DNA of 64,000 nucleotides from Gammaproteobacteria bacterium (GTDB lineage: Bacteria > Pseudomonadota > Gammaproteobacteria > SZUA-229): NCBI GenBank assembly GCA_029882215.1, contig JAOULC010000016.1:990-64989 (forward strand). Reading direction: 5' to 3'. Of the stretch, positions 53,853 through 63,484 are shown in pieces. The stretch's first letter is position 1; each line of letters begins with the position of its first letter. The notes below the pieces were generated by a model, which saw only the letters and a program-made list of their open reading frames with translations, did not search any database and was not told the origin of the DNA. Position numbers and translations under genes: made by a program.

Positions 53853-53876
53853 TGCTCTCGCCATCAGGCGGGAGCA
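53853..53876 (+). terminator. GC-rich hairpin after adk
   Basis: TGCTCTCGCC-ATCA-GGCGGGAGCA; weak U-tract. Confidence 0.5.
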
Positions 53877-54440
53877 TCTTACGCCCTCAAAGCTTCAGCC
53901 TCACTGCATCTTTCACTTAATTATCCGGTCTAAAAGTCATTAAAGTGATTGTTATTACCATCATAAAAATGCTCAGGTATTTTCATTATCAGCTACCTTC
54001 ACAAAAGCTATATTAGCAAATACTGCCCGATACTTTTCTTAAAAACGGTGTTTGAAAATCTGCATTCATTTTTCTTTTCAGGGCTTAAACAAACTATATA
54101 AGAAACGTCCCGCAACAGGAAATCACATCAAGCTTCATACCGGTAAAATCAAAACACCGTATGTACCCCACAGGTTCTGTTATAAATATCAATACTTAAA
54201 TATTCTTATCTGTTGATATACATCATTAGATTATAACAAACTTTACCGCATTACTTTTTCATAGCCACATATAAAAAAAATCATTAGAAAACAACTTTCA
54301 TTTGTCACTCGTCAGGTGTAATTTGCATAGTCTGATAAAGCGTTTCAACGATCTACCGAAGGGATAACAATCATTGGCTGCCAGCTGTATGGCTTCCGTG
54401 CAATTGTATTCCCGCTATTAAAATAATAAGGAGGGCTACA

Positions 54441-56477
54441 ATGACCGCACTGACTTTCAGTTTGCTTTGCGCAAGCATCGCCATTATCTATGGCATAGTT
54501 TCAACTTTTAGCATCATGAAAAAAGCCGAAGGCAATGAAGAGATGCAACGCATCTCCGGCGCCGTGCGTGAAGGCGCCATCGCTTATCTGTCGCGCCAGT
54601 ACACCACGATTGGAATAGTAGGTATCATACTATTTGTTATCATGGGTTTTGCACTTGGCTGGGCATCAGCAATCGGCTTTGCCATCGGTGCCATACTTTC
54701 CGGTGCTGCCGGTTATATCGGCATGCACGTTTCGGTACGCTCAAATTCAAGAACCGCTGAAGCAGCGAGACAAGGCATTAACCCTGCCTTACAGGTTGCC
54801 TTCAAAGGCGGCGCTATCACCGGCATGCTGGTGGTTGGATTAGGCCTGCTCGGTGTTGCCGGCTATTATGCCGTTTTAAGTAATATGGGCATATCACAGG
54901 ACAAGGCACTACATGCTCTGGTTGGTCTGGCCTTTGGCGGCTCACTCATTTCAATCTTTGCCCGTTTAGGCGGTGGTATCTTCACTAAAGGTGCCGATGT
55001 TGGCGCTGACATTGTCGGTAAGGTAGAAGCCGGCATTCCGGAAGACGATCTTCGCAACCCTGCCTGCATTGCAGACAATGTTGGTGACAACGTGGGTGAC
55101 TGTGCCGGTATGGCTGCCGACCTGTTTGAAACATACGCGGTAACCATCATCGCAACTATGTTATTAGGTGGTTTGTTATTAAAAGATGTCGGTGAGCTCG
55201 CCGTGACCTACCCATTAGTTCTGGGTGGTGTTTCCATCATAGCGTCAATCATTGGCACATTCTTTGTTAAAACATCTGATGGCACAAAAATCATGAACGC
55301 TCTTTACAAGGGCACTGTCGTCTCAGCTGTTATTTCGGCAGTGGCCTTTTATTTTGTCACCAACCAGATGATGGGGGCAGTTAGTTTGCAACTGGCAAAC
55401 GGCAACACTGTCGGTGCGACTGAATTTTATTATGCGGCACTGATTGGACTGGCTCTGACTGTCGCCATGATTGTCATAACCGAGTATTACACCGCCACTA
55501 AATATGCACCGGTAAGACACATTGCCGCGGCCTCCACCACCGGTGACGGCACAAATGTTATCGCCGGCTTAGGTGTGTCGATGAGATCAACCGCACTGCC
55601 TGTGCTGGCAGTCTGTGCATCCATCTGGGGAGCCCATCATCTGGCTGGTTTATACGGTATTGCCATCGCCGCAACAGCCATGCTGTCAATGACCGGTATT
55701 ATCGTTGCGCTGGATGCTTACGGCCCGATCACAGATAACGCTGGCGGTATCGCTGAAATGGCCAACCTGCCGGAAGACGTACGTGAAACCACTGATGCAC
55801 TGGATGCAGTAGGCAACACAACCAAAGCCGTTACCAAAGGCTATGCCATTGGCTCAGCTGGTCTTGCAACACTGGTACTGTTCGCTGATTTCACTAACAC
55901 ATTAAGCGCCGCCGGGCATGCCGTGTCGTTTGATTTATCAAACCACATGGTCATTATCGGCCTGTTTATTGGCGGACTTATTCCCTATCTGTTCGGTGCA
56001 ATGGCAATGGAAGCCGTTGGCCGTGCCGCCGGTGACATTGTCAACGAAGTGCGCCGCCAGTTCAGAGAAATGCCGGGTATTATGGATCGCACACAAAAGC
56101 CTGACTACTCTAAAGCGGTTGATATGTTAACCAAAGCGGCGATCAAGGAAATGATTATTCCTTCTTTGCTACCGGTAGCCGTACCCATTATCGTTGGTCT
56201 GACATTAGGTGCCGAAGCACTTGGCGGGGTATTAATCGGTACGATTGTTACCGGCTTGTTCGTTGCTATTTCTATGACCACAGGTGGTGGTGCATGGGAT
56301 AATGCGAAGAAGTACATCGAAGACGGCAACCATGGTGGTAAAGGCTCTGATGCGCATAAAGCAGCGGTAACCGGTGATACCGTGGGTGATCCGTACAAAG
56401 ATACAGCAGGTCCTGCGATCAACCCGTTAATTAAGATCATGAATATCGTGGCACTGCTACTGGTGCCATTGCTATAG
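54441..56477 (+). CDS. hppA: Membrane-bound proton-translocating pyrophosphatase, K+-independent type
   Basis: [35 protein letters not shown] (Lys marks K+-independent clade), [10 protein letters not shown]. Confidence 0.95.
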   Translation: MTALTFSLLCASIAIIYGIVSTFSIMKKAEGNEEMQRISGAVREGAIAYLSRQYTTIGIVGIILFVIMGFALGWASAIGFAIGAILSGAAGYIGMHVSVRSNSRTAEAARQGINPALQVAFKGGAITGMLVVGLGLLGVAGYYAVLSNMGISQDKALHALVGLAFGGSLISIFARLGGGIFTKGADVGADIVGKVEAGIPEDDLRNPACIADNVGDNVGDCAGMAADLFETYAVTIIATMLLGGLLLKDVGELAVTYPLVLGGVSIIASIIGTFFVKTSDGTKIMNALYKGTVVSAVISAVAFYFVTNQMMGAVSLQLANGNTVGATEFYYAALIGLALTVAMIVITEYYTATKYAPVRHIAAASTTGDGTNVIAGLGVSMRSTALPVLAVCASIWGAHHLAGLYGIAIAATAMLSMTGIIVALDAYGPITDNAGGIAEMANLPEDVRETTDALDAVGNTTKAVTKGYAIGSAGLATLVLFADFTNTLSAAGHAVSFDLSNHMVIIGLFIGGLIPYLFGAMAMEAVGRAAGDIVNEVRRQFREMPGIMDRTQKPDYSKAVDMLTKAAIKEMIIPSLLPVAVPIIVGLTLGAEALGGVLIGTIVTGLFVAISMTTGGGAWDNAKKYIEDGNHGGKGSDAHKAAVTGDTVGDPYKDTAGPAINPLIKIMNIVALLLVPLL

Positions 56478-56494
56478 TCTGATCAGAGCAAGAC

Positions 56495-56526
56495 AAAAAA
56501 GGCGTGGTAGTTTCACGCCTTTTTTT
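56495..56526. terminator. Bidirectional intrinsic terminator after hppA
   Basis: AAAAAAGGCGTG-GTAGTTT-CACGCCTTTTTTT. Confidence 0.85.
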
Positions 56527-56740
56527 ATAACCGCTGGTTTTTATTTTTTGTGTTTTTGTTTCTAATAGCGATTGATACGCTAATTATTTCTCCCAGTACC
56601 ACTCCATAAAAAGCCCCAAATAACATACCACTATTACCTTTTAGCAAGTAGCCTATGAACCCAGCTATCATGCCACCGCCAATAATCCCTGATAAGTGAT
56701 ATTTAATATGCACTGCGCACCTCGTTTTTATTTTAATCAT
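56525..56740 (-). CDS. Small two-TM glycine-rich membrane protein
   Basis: 71 aa, two Gly-patterned hydrophobic helices, basic C-terminus; stop abuts the terminator. Confidence 0.5.
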   Translation of the reverse strand: MIKIKTRCAVHIKYHLSGIIGGGMIAGFIGYLLKGNSGMLFGAFYGVVLGEIISVSIAIRNKNTKNKNQRL

Positions 56741-56916
56741 TACACCATACCCGGCTTATACAGTACTAACAAACATTAATAATACTGAAAGCAAAACAGA
56801 ATCACCTGCACTCTTTTACTAGTAAAAACTAATACAGGCTTTATAATATTACGGGATACAGTACAGGACCCTCTGTTGTCGCTATCTACCATTAACCCTA
56901 CTACAAGCACCCTTAA

Positions 56917-58758
56917 ATGACGTTTAAGCCTGCAACCATCATAATCAGCGGATTTACACTGGTCATTTGCATGATCATAATCTTCCTGGTCGTCAGTTTG
57001 TACCAGCTCAATAGTACTCGACAAGCCCTGGAATTCGAAATCAAGACCGAATCCATGCATATCTCTGCCACCAATTCTTTATTAGAGATCGATAACAAGC
57101 GATCCATTTTAATACTCAACATCTTACAAGCTGATGAGCCTTTTGCTCAGGATGAAGTCATTCAGCAATTTTACAATCAGGGTGAGGAGTTTATAAAAAT
57201 ACGCCAAACGCTCTTAGACTCCCGACTGAGCGATTTTGAAATTCAGCTTTTAGCAAATCATCAACGGGATGCAGAAAACGTTGCCGCCAGTCAGCACCAA
57301 ATCATTAAGCTTATATCTGAAGGCCGCTATGAACCGGCTCACCATATATACATGACACAGGCATTACCTAAGCAGCAAAATAACAATAGTCACCTTAATC
57401 TTTTATCGCAATATCAGCATCACGAAATTGATATGTTTTTAAGTAGTCTGACAAAAAAGCAAAATGATATCTATTTAATTATCTTAGCCGGCAGTATTTT
57501 TCTTATCATTCTCTGTATTTTGATTGCCCTGTTTATTTATCGTAAGCTGTCTTCTAATATATATGAAATTCAGCAGGCGCGTGATGAGTTAACCAGTAGC
57601 CTGGCAGAAACCAGAGATCTGCAATACGCACTTGATCAGCATGCCATCGTCAGCATATCAGACACCAGCGGTAAGATTACATATGTTAATGAGAAGTTCT
57701 GTGAAGTCAGTCAGTACAGTGAAGCTGAATTAATCGGCAAGCATCATAATATTATTAATTCAGGTTATCACCAGGAAGCTTTTTTTCATGAGATATGGAC
57801 AACTATTTTATCCGGTAAAACATGGAATGGAGAGATCCGTAACCGGAAAAAAGACGGCCAGTATTACTGGGTCGAAACCAGCATTATACCTTTCCTTGAC
57901 AATGACAATAAGCCGTACCAGTACATTGCCATTCGCACGGAAATAACCCATATAAAAGCAATAGAAAAAGAACTGCTGTTTACTTTAGAACAACTTGCTG
58001 TTGAAGCTCATCGCGCACAGGAGTCCAATACTTTAAAAGATTCTATAATTTCCACAATGACTCATGAGTTAAGAACACCGCTAAATTCCATACTGGGTTT
58101 TTCGCAGTTGTTGTTAATGGAAAAGAGCATGTTCTCCGATATACAAACAGATAATATTGAATGCATCATCAACAGTGGCAAAGAGTTACTTGCGAATATT
58201 GACAACATCATGCTTTATAGCACATTAAAGAGCAATTCATTAGCTCTGCAACTCTGCGAAACTGATGTCAGCGGCACCATTCATTCTGCGATCAATAGCA
58301 TAACCAGTAAGCAAAATGCGCTTACTATTACTCCGCAACTACAAACAACCAATCAGCCAACTTGCATACGTGCCGATAACATCCTTCTTCGCAAGGCACT
58401 TGAGTACGTTATTGATAACGCCATTAAGTTCACCCGTAAAGGTCATATCAAAATTAATTATTATGACATTGCCAGAAACACAGCCATTCCGGGGCATCAC
58501 AAAAACTCAAACACAGACCTTGTTTTAATCACTATTGAAGACACCGGTGTTGGCATTAGTCCTGAGAAGAGTCAGATAATCTTTGATGATTTCAGACAGG
58601 CTGATGAAAAAGTTAGCCGCTACTTTGAAGGAATGGGAATCGGTTTAAGCCTTGCTAAGAGCATCATCAACCTGCATAAAGGCGAAATATGGCTAACCAG
58701 TGAACTCGAAAAAGGTACCACGGTTTATATTACGATCCCTAAGAAGCTCGACGCTTAA
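56917..58758 (+). CDS. Sensor histidine kinase (periplasmic helical sensor, PAS-PAC, HisKA, HATPase)
   Basis: Two TM segments, ALDQHAIVS...YVNEKFC...WNGEIRNRKKDG PAS, THELRTPLN, NAIKFT, DTGVG, GMGIGL. Confidence 0.92.
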   Translation: MTFKPATIIISGFTLVICMIIIFLVVSLYQLNSTRQALEFEIKTESMHISATNSLLEIDNKRSILILNILQADEPFAQDEVIQQFYNQGEEFIKIRQTLLDSRLSDFEIQLLANHQRDAENVAASQHQIIKLISEGRYEPAHHIYMTQALPKQQNNNSHLNLLSQYQHHEIDMFLSSLTKKQNDIYLIILAGSIFLIILCILIALFIYRKLSSNIYEIQQARDELTSSLAETRDLQYALDQHAIVSISDTSGKITYVNEKFCEVSQYSEAELIGKHHNIINSGYHQEAFFHEIWTTILSGKTWNGEIRNRKKDGQYYWVETSIIPFLDNDNKPYQYIAIRTEITHIKAIEKELLFTLEQLAVEAHRAQESNTLKDSIISTMTHELRTPLNSILGFSQLLLMEKSMFSDIQTDNIECIINSGKELLANIDNIMLYSTLKSNSLALQLCETDVSGTIHSAINSITSKQNALTITPQLQTTNQPTCIRADNILLRKALEYVIDNAIKFTRKGHIKINYYDIARNTAIPGHHKNSNTDLVLITIEDTGVGISPEKSQIIFDDFRQADEKVSRYFEGMGIGLSLAKSIINLHKGEIWLTSELEKGTTVYITIPKKLDA

Positions 58759-58838
58759 ACGGCAGATTTTTCTGCACGCCAATACAATCTTATGTCAGGC
58801 GACTCTGGCAATAATTATCACAAAAACTCTAGTCATAA

Positions 58839-58866
58839 AAAAAGCGTCGCTAATGCGACGCTTTTT
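58839..58866. terminator. Bidirectional terminator between the kinase gene and sat
   Basis: AAAAAGCGTCGC-TAAT-GCGACGCTTTTT. Confidence 0.85.
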
Positions 58867-58890
58867 CAGATACAAAATTCAGCTAATAAA

Positions 58891-60081
58891 CTAGCTGATG
58901 CTCCTGTAATAGTCCATCAGTATCTGTGCTACCTCAGGGCGTGAAAATTCCTTTGGCGGCGCAATACCATTGCCTAATAATTCACGAACCTTTGTGCCTG
59001 ATAATAATACAAAATCTTCCTTGCTATGATCAGGTGCTTCGCACATCATCACAACCTTATCCAGCTTCTTAGAGTAAGCCGTGTGGTCTGCACGGAAGAT
59101 TTCGATATCCAGTGCACCAGCAGGAACCTGGTCATCAAAAATAGTTTGTGCATCAAAGGCACCATAGTGATCACCCACACCAGCATGATCGCGACCAATG
59201 ATAAAGTGCGTTGCGCCCATATTTTGACGGAATACTGCGTGTAATACGGCTTCACGCGGGCCGGCATATAACATGTCAAAACCGTAACCGGTTACCATCG
59301 CGCTGTTTTCAGGAAAGTACAGTTCAACCATTTTACGAATCGCTGCATCGCGAACCGGTGCAGGAATGTCACCCGCTTTTAGCTTACCCAGCAGCATATG
59401 GATTACCAGGCCATCACAACCTAAACGTTCCATGGCCATATGACACAGTTCTTCGTGTGCCAGATGCATCGGATTACGCGTCTGGAAAGCCACAATTTTT
59501 TTCCAGCCACGCTCTGCAATTTCATTTCTGATTTCAACAGCCGTGCGGAATGTATCTGGGAATTCAGTCTGGAAGTATGAAAAGTTCAGTACTTTAATCG
59601 GACCCGACAATATAACATTACCCTGTGCATTAAACGCATCGACTCCGGGGTGTGCTTCATCAGGACTTGCTGCGTAAACCTTATCGGCAATCAGTTTTTT
59701 CTCATCTGCCGTTAATGTTTCAACCGCTTCCACATCCATCACAGCGACCACAGGGTTACCTTCAACATTCGGATCTTTGAGTGCTATGCGGTCACCGGCT
59801 TTAATACTGCCCGCATCATCAAGCAGATTTAAAACCGGTGTTGGCCAAAACAAACCCGATGTTGTTTTCATGCTTTCAGCAACACTGATTGCGTCTGCCT
59901 TATTCATATAGCCTGTCAGGGGGTTGAAATAACCACCACCCAGCATCACTGCATTGGCTGCTGCGGCCGAACTCACTACAATTGAGGCCAGGCCTTCTGC
60001 TTCTTTTTGTAAGGCTTCATTTTCAGCTGTATCGTAAACAAATAATGGATTCAGCTCATCTGAGCCATGTGGACGAATCAT
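58891..60081 (-). CDS. sat: Sulfate adenylyltransferase (ATP sulfurylase), homo-oligomeric dissimilatory type
   Basis: MIRPHG N-terminus, VAFQTRNPMH-AHE, MLYAGPREA, GRDHAGVG, LSGTKVRE, FSRPEV. Confidence 0.96.
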   Translation of the reverse strand: MIRPHGSDELNPLFVYDTAENEALQKEAEGLASIVVSSAAAANAVMLGGGYFNPLTGYMNKADAISVAESMKTTSGLFWPTPVLNLLDDAGSIKAGDRIALKDPNVEGNPVVAVMDVEAVETLTADEKKLIADKVYAASPDEAHPGVDAFNAQGNVILSGPIKVLNFSYFQTEFPDTFRTAVEIRNEIAERGWKKIVAFQTRNPMHLAHEELCHMAMERLGCDGLVIHMLLGKLKAGDIPAPVRDAAIRKMVELYFPENSAMVTGYGFDMLYAGPREAVLHAVFRQNMGATHFIIGRDHAGVGDHYGAFDAQTIFDDQVPAGALDIEIFRADHTAYSKKLDKVVMMCEAPDHSKEDFVLLSGTKVRELLGNGIAPPKEFSRPEVAQILMDYYRSIS

Positions 60082-60199
60082 GTGTATCTCCTAAGATTTT
60101 CTTCTATATTTATTATTTAGTTTTGCTGCATCAAGCTACCACAAAACCACAAATTTTTTAGTGGGTCTATCATAATGCATAAAAAGCAATATGCTTATT

Positions 60200-60222
60200 C
60201 ATATCATTAAGTCAATGATATG
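60200..60222. promoter_or_regulatory. Inverted repeat upstream of sat (operator candidate)
   Basis: CATATCATT-AAGTC-AATGATATG, perfect 9-bp arms about 120-140 bp upstream of the sat start. Confidence 0.45.
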
Positions 60223-60309
60223 TTATTTTTATACGTACTGACATCTACAGTTTACATACGGATACTTCATACCAGAAGCATCCGGATTATGTGTGAACCT
60301 GTATAACAC

Positions 60310-61386
60310 TTAGTCAATATCGACGTCTCTTAGTTGCTGTGCTGCCTCCTCCGGTGAAATAGTGCTGACGAACAGCCCTGAGCCTAATTCAAACCCCGTC
60401 GGTATCGACGTTCTTGGACATATCTCCAGATGCCAGTGGTAGCTGTCTTTACAGTCTTTATATTCATCTGCCCTGGGAATTGAATGCAAAAAGAAATTAT
60501 ATTGCGCGCCGCCAATCACCTTTTCCAGCCGGCTCATTGTTCGTTTAACAACCCTCGCCAAATCCTGCAAATCTTCCTGCGTGACTTTAGTAAAATCACT
60601 TTCATGGGTCAGCGGCATGATATGTACTTCCCACTCATACCGGCTGGCAAAGGGTTTGATCGCAACAAAACGTTCACCTTTCTCTACCACATACTGGCCT
60701 ACATTGATTTTGCGCCTTACCTCACCCGACTGACGATCATATATCGTTGCCTCGTAGGTCAGTGCCTCATCAATCAGACTGCAAAATACACAGTGATTAT
60801 GTTTACGGTAATATTGCTTTGAATGCTCCACCTCGTTAATCACATTCTCAGGTACCACTGGCATTGCGATAATCTGACTGTGTGTATGCGGAATACTGGC
60901 ACCGGCCGCAGGACCAAAATTTTTAAATACCAGCGTATACTTCAAGCGCTCATCCGACTCATATAATTCACTCATGCGCTGACGATATGCCGCAAACAGC
61001 ATTTGTAAATGCTCCTCACTCATTTCATATACTGAAATACCATGCTGATGGTGATCGATAATAACCTCATGCCGGCCATAACCACTGATAACCTGCTGCA
61101 GACCAAAATTAATGGCCGTCTCATCACTGTCATCACCCAGAATTGGAAACAAATTTTCGACTATCCGAACACTCCAGTTTTTTTCATTCGGAAAAGCCGC
61201 AATCGTCGCTGGCGTTTTTTCTTCATTGCCCTTACAAAAGGGGCAGGTTTCAACATGCTCACGCGTATCTCTTGGTACCACTTCTTCTTTTTTACGGGGA
61301 CGCATGCCTCGCGCAGTTGCAACCAGTACTGACTCACTCGGTACTATCGGGTTAATTCTTATTTCGCGGACAGTCTCGTCAGCCAT
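60310..61386 (-). CDS. GalT/HIT-superfamily nucleotidyltransferase, probable adenylylsulfate:phosphate adenylyltransferase (ADP sulfurylase)
   Basis: R-RP, CPFC-GNE, G-HEVII, FKNFGPAAGASIPHTHSQ (HxHxQ), HWHLEI, GFELGSG; directly upstream of sat; alternative start 61401. Confidence 0.75.
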   Translation of the reverse strand: MADETVREIRINPIVPSESVLVATARGMRPRKKEEVVPRDTREHVETCPFCKGNEEKTPATIAAFPNEKNWSVRIVENLFPILGDDSDETAINFGLQQVISGYGRHEVIIDHHQHGISVYEMSEEHLQMLFAAYRQRMSELYESDERLKYTLVFKNFGPAAGASIPHTHSQIIAMPVVPENVINEVEHSKQYYRKHNHCVFCSLIDEALTYEATIYDRQSGEVRRKINVGQYVVEKGERFVAIKPFASRYEWEVHIMPLTHESDFTKVTQEDLQDLARVVKRTMSRLEKVIGGAQYNFFLHSIPRADEYKDCKDSYHWHLEICPRTSIPTGFELGSGLFVSTISPEEAAQQLRDVDID

Positions 61387-61702
61387 GAAGGTATCCTGCA
61401 TAAGTTAGAAAGTTATAAATCTTGATAACGCTAAATTTACAGTAATACGCCTTAACTGAATAAACAAAAATGCTTATTTGAGCATAAAATTACATTGTTT
61501 GTAATATTTGAATATTATAAATAGATAATAGATGGTTGAATTATTTTTACCCTTAGCAAGATTAATCACCAAACTATTCACTTTAAAGAATATAATGATT
61601 TTAGTTATTGTAATCACCCAGCATAAAGTTAGAAAACAAAAAATAATCAATAACCGTTAGCTGCATTCAGACAACAAGAAACTCTCTCAGCCTTTACTAA
61701 AC

Positions 61703-61978
61703 ATGGATAAGAACAATATGCATAGCCCCGCTGTTAATTTAAATGTCGAAAATATTGAAGATTCAATTCAGACACTGACTGAGTTCGCTAATGAACCGCA
61801 CTTGACCCCTTTAATAGCGATATTAGAAGCCTTGAAACAGGATATAAATAGTGAAGCGCTGCTGGCACAGCTTATTGATACATGGAGAAACCTTGGTATA
61901 TATCAGGGCACTGTTTTAACTTATCTGCCTCATTTCTACACTCTGATTCCTGATGATATTTTTGGTGAGAACGGCTAA
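61703..61978 (+). CDS. Hypothetical small acidic helical protein
   Basis: 91-aa ORF followed by a terminator; LGIYQGTVLTYLP segment; no family recognised. Confidence 0.6.
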   Translation: MDKNNMHSPAVNLNVENIEDSIQTLTEFANEPHLTPLIAILEALKQDINSEALLAQLIDTWRNLGIYQGTVLTYLPHFYTLIPDDIFGENG

Positions 61979-62007
61979 AGCCCGGAGCAACACAGTTACA
62001 TTCACAT

Positions 62008-62040
62008 AAAAAAAGCACGCTCAGAAAGCGTGCTTTTTTT
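62008..62040. terminator. Bidirectional intrinsic terminator
   Basis: AAAAAAAGCACGCT-CAGAA-AGCGTGCTTTTTTT between convergent small genes. Confidence 0.88.
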
Positions 62041-62100
62041 CAGACTAAACCTGTATTTAGTCATGCTGCACGCCCCTTAGAGGTTTGTGCAACAAAAGCC

Positions 62101-62259
62101 TTAAGGCTTTTTAGGTGTCTGGTATGGTACTTCTTTCTGGAAGCTTTTCCATTCAGTCGTATAACCAATAACAAACTGACCAGGAACAACTTCTTTCTGT
62201 GTTGTTGTTACATACTCAGTTACGCCAGCTGGCACCTTAGGTCTGCAAAATTCAGCCAT
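62101..62259 (-). CDS. Small protein, 52 aa (MAEFCRPKVPAGVTEY...)
   Basis: GAGGAG RBS 7 nt before ATG 62259, TATAAT upstream, terminator downstream. Confidence 0.65.
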   Translation of the reverse strand: MAEFCRPKVPAGVTEYVTTTQKEVVPGQFVIGYTTEWKSFQKEVPYQTPKKP

Positions 62260-62349
62260 CTCAAAACTCCTCACTATTTTATTATATGTACGGGAAGAAA
62301 AAACAGTTATGCCAGCCCTTCCCACTAAGACTGACTAAAGTATACCCTT

Positions 62350-62763
62350 CTATCGCTTATAATGCGCCTTTTTTGCTATCACATGCCGCACGCCACCTTG
62401 TGGGTTTTCAACATCACCCTGATAACGCGGAATGATGTGGATGTGGACATGAAAAATACTCTGTCCTGCTGCCGGACCTATATTAACCCCAATATTATAA
62501 CCATCTGGATGAAACTCCTCATCAATGTTTTTTTTCTCCTCATTAATAAGTTTCATGCAGGCTGTAATTTCTTCCGGCGTCAGCTCAAAAAAGCTGGCGA
62601 CATGACGCCTGGGAATAACCAACGAGTGCCCCGGACTCACCCCATAGGTATCACGCGCACTATAAGCCAGCTCATTAGTAAGCGATACGCCCTGAGGGTC
62701 AGTACAAAATAAGCACGGGTTATTAGGGTCGCGTTTTTTTTCTATCTTTTCTTCAGATGACAA
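62350..62763 (-). CDS. HIT family hydrolase
   Basis: CLFC, VSPGHSLVIPRRH, GYNIGVNIGPAAGQSIFHVHIHIIPR. Confidence 0.93.
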   Translation of the reverse strand: MSSEEKIEKKRDPNNPCLFCTDPQGVSLTNELAYSARDTYGVSPGHSLVIPRRHVASFFELTPEEITACMKLINEEKKNIDEEFHPDGYNIGVNIGPAAGQSIFHVHIHIIPRYQGDVENPQGGVRHVIAKKAHYKR

Positions 62764-63012
62764 AACTTCAATACCATTATTTTATGTTCTGGCTGACTTT
62801 ATTAGCCTGATCGCTCATATGACTAACTGTCATAATCTTACGGCTACAATTTCTAGTTATGCAATTATTCTTACACCTTTTCTTAAAAAAGCATAATCAA
62901 TAGTTATTTAGCCACCCTAAAAAAACTTAATACAATAAATATTTTCTCTACACGCTATAATCAGGCGTTTTATTACTATTTTTTATCTACTATTTTTAAG
63001 GGGGCACTATCC

Positions 63013-63441
63013 GTGGCATCTAATAAAGGGCGCGCTTATTTCGGTATCTCAGGCTATCATTTTGATCCGAACCTGGTCACACAATTTATTGGCATTGAGC
63101 CCACCTCAACCAATAATGCCGGCATGCTCGGCAATCTGGATAAGCCGGTCATCAGCTCATGGGAGTTCTCAACCGCAATCATCACCTCCGATACTCAAGA
63201 GCTGGATATTTACAAACTCATCGACGATGAAATCCTTAAGAAAATAGAACCTTCTAAAGATAAAATCATCGAGATCTGTAAAAGCCATAACCTGTCGCCC
63301 AGAATCGGGGTCGTATTAACCTTATCAATTGATAAAGATGAAACGAAACCTGATGTCGGTTTTGGTGCACGCATCATCAGATTTTGTGCCGACATCGGTG
63401 CCTTTATTAACATCGACTACGAACTGTCTGAGCGGGTTTAG
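63013..63441 (+). CDS. DUF4279-like protein
   Basis: YF-I-G-FDP-VT-IGIEPT, SSWEFS, I-F-DIGA-INIDY; GGGGG RBS before GTG. Confidence 0.75.
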   Translation: MASNKGRAYFGISGYHFDPNLVTQFIGIEPTSTNNAGMLGNLDKPVISSWEFSTAIITSDTQELDIYKLIDDEILKKIEPSKDKIIEICKSHNLSPRIGVVLTLSIDKDETKPDVGFGARIIRFCADIGAFINIDYELSERV

Positions 63442-63484
63442 CCTTAGCGCCTTCTCTGTTTATGAGGAGGCGCCATATTCAGAC

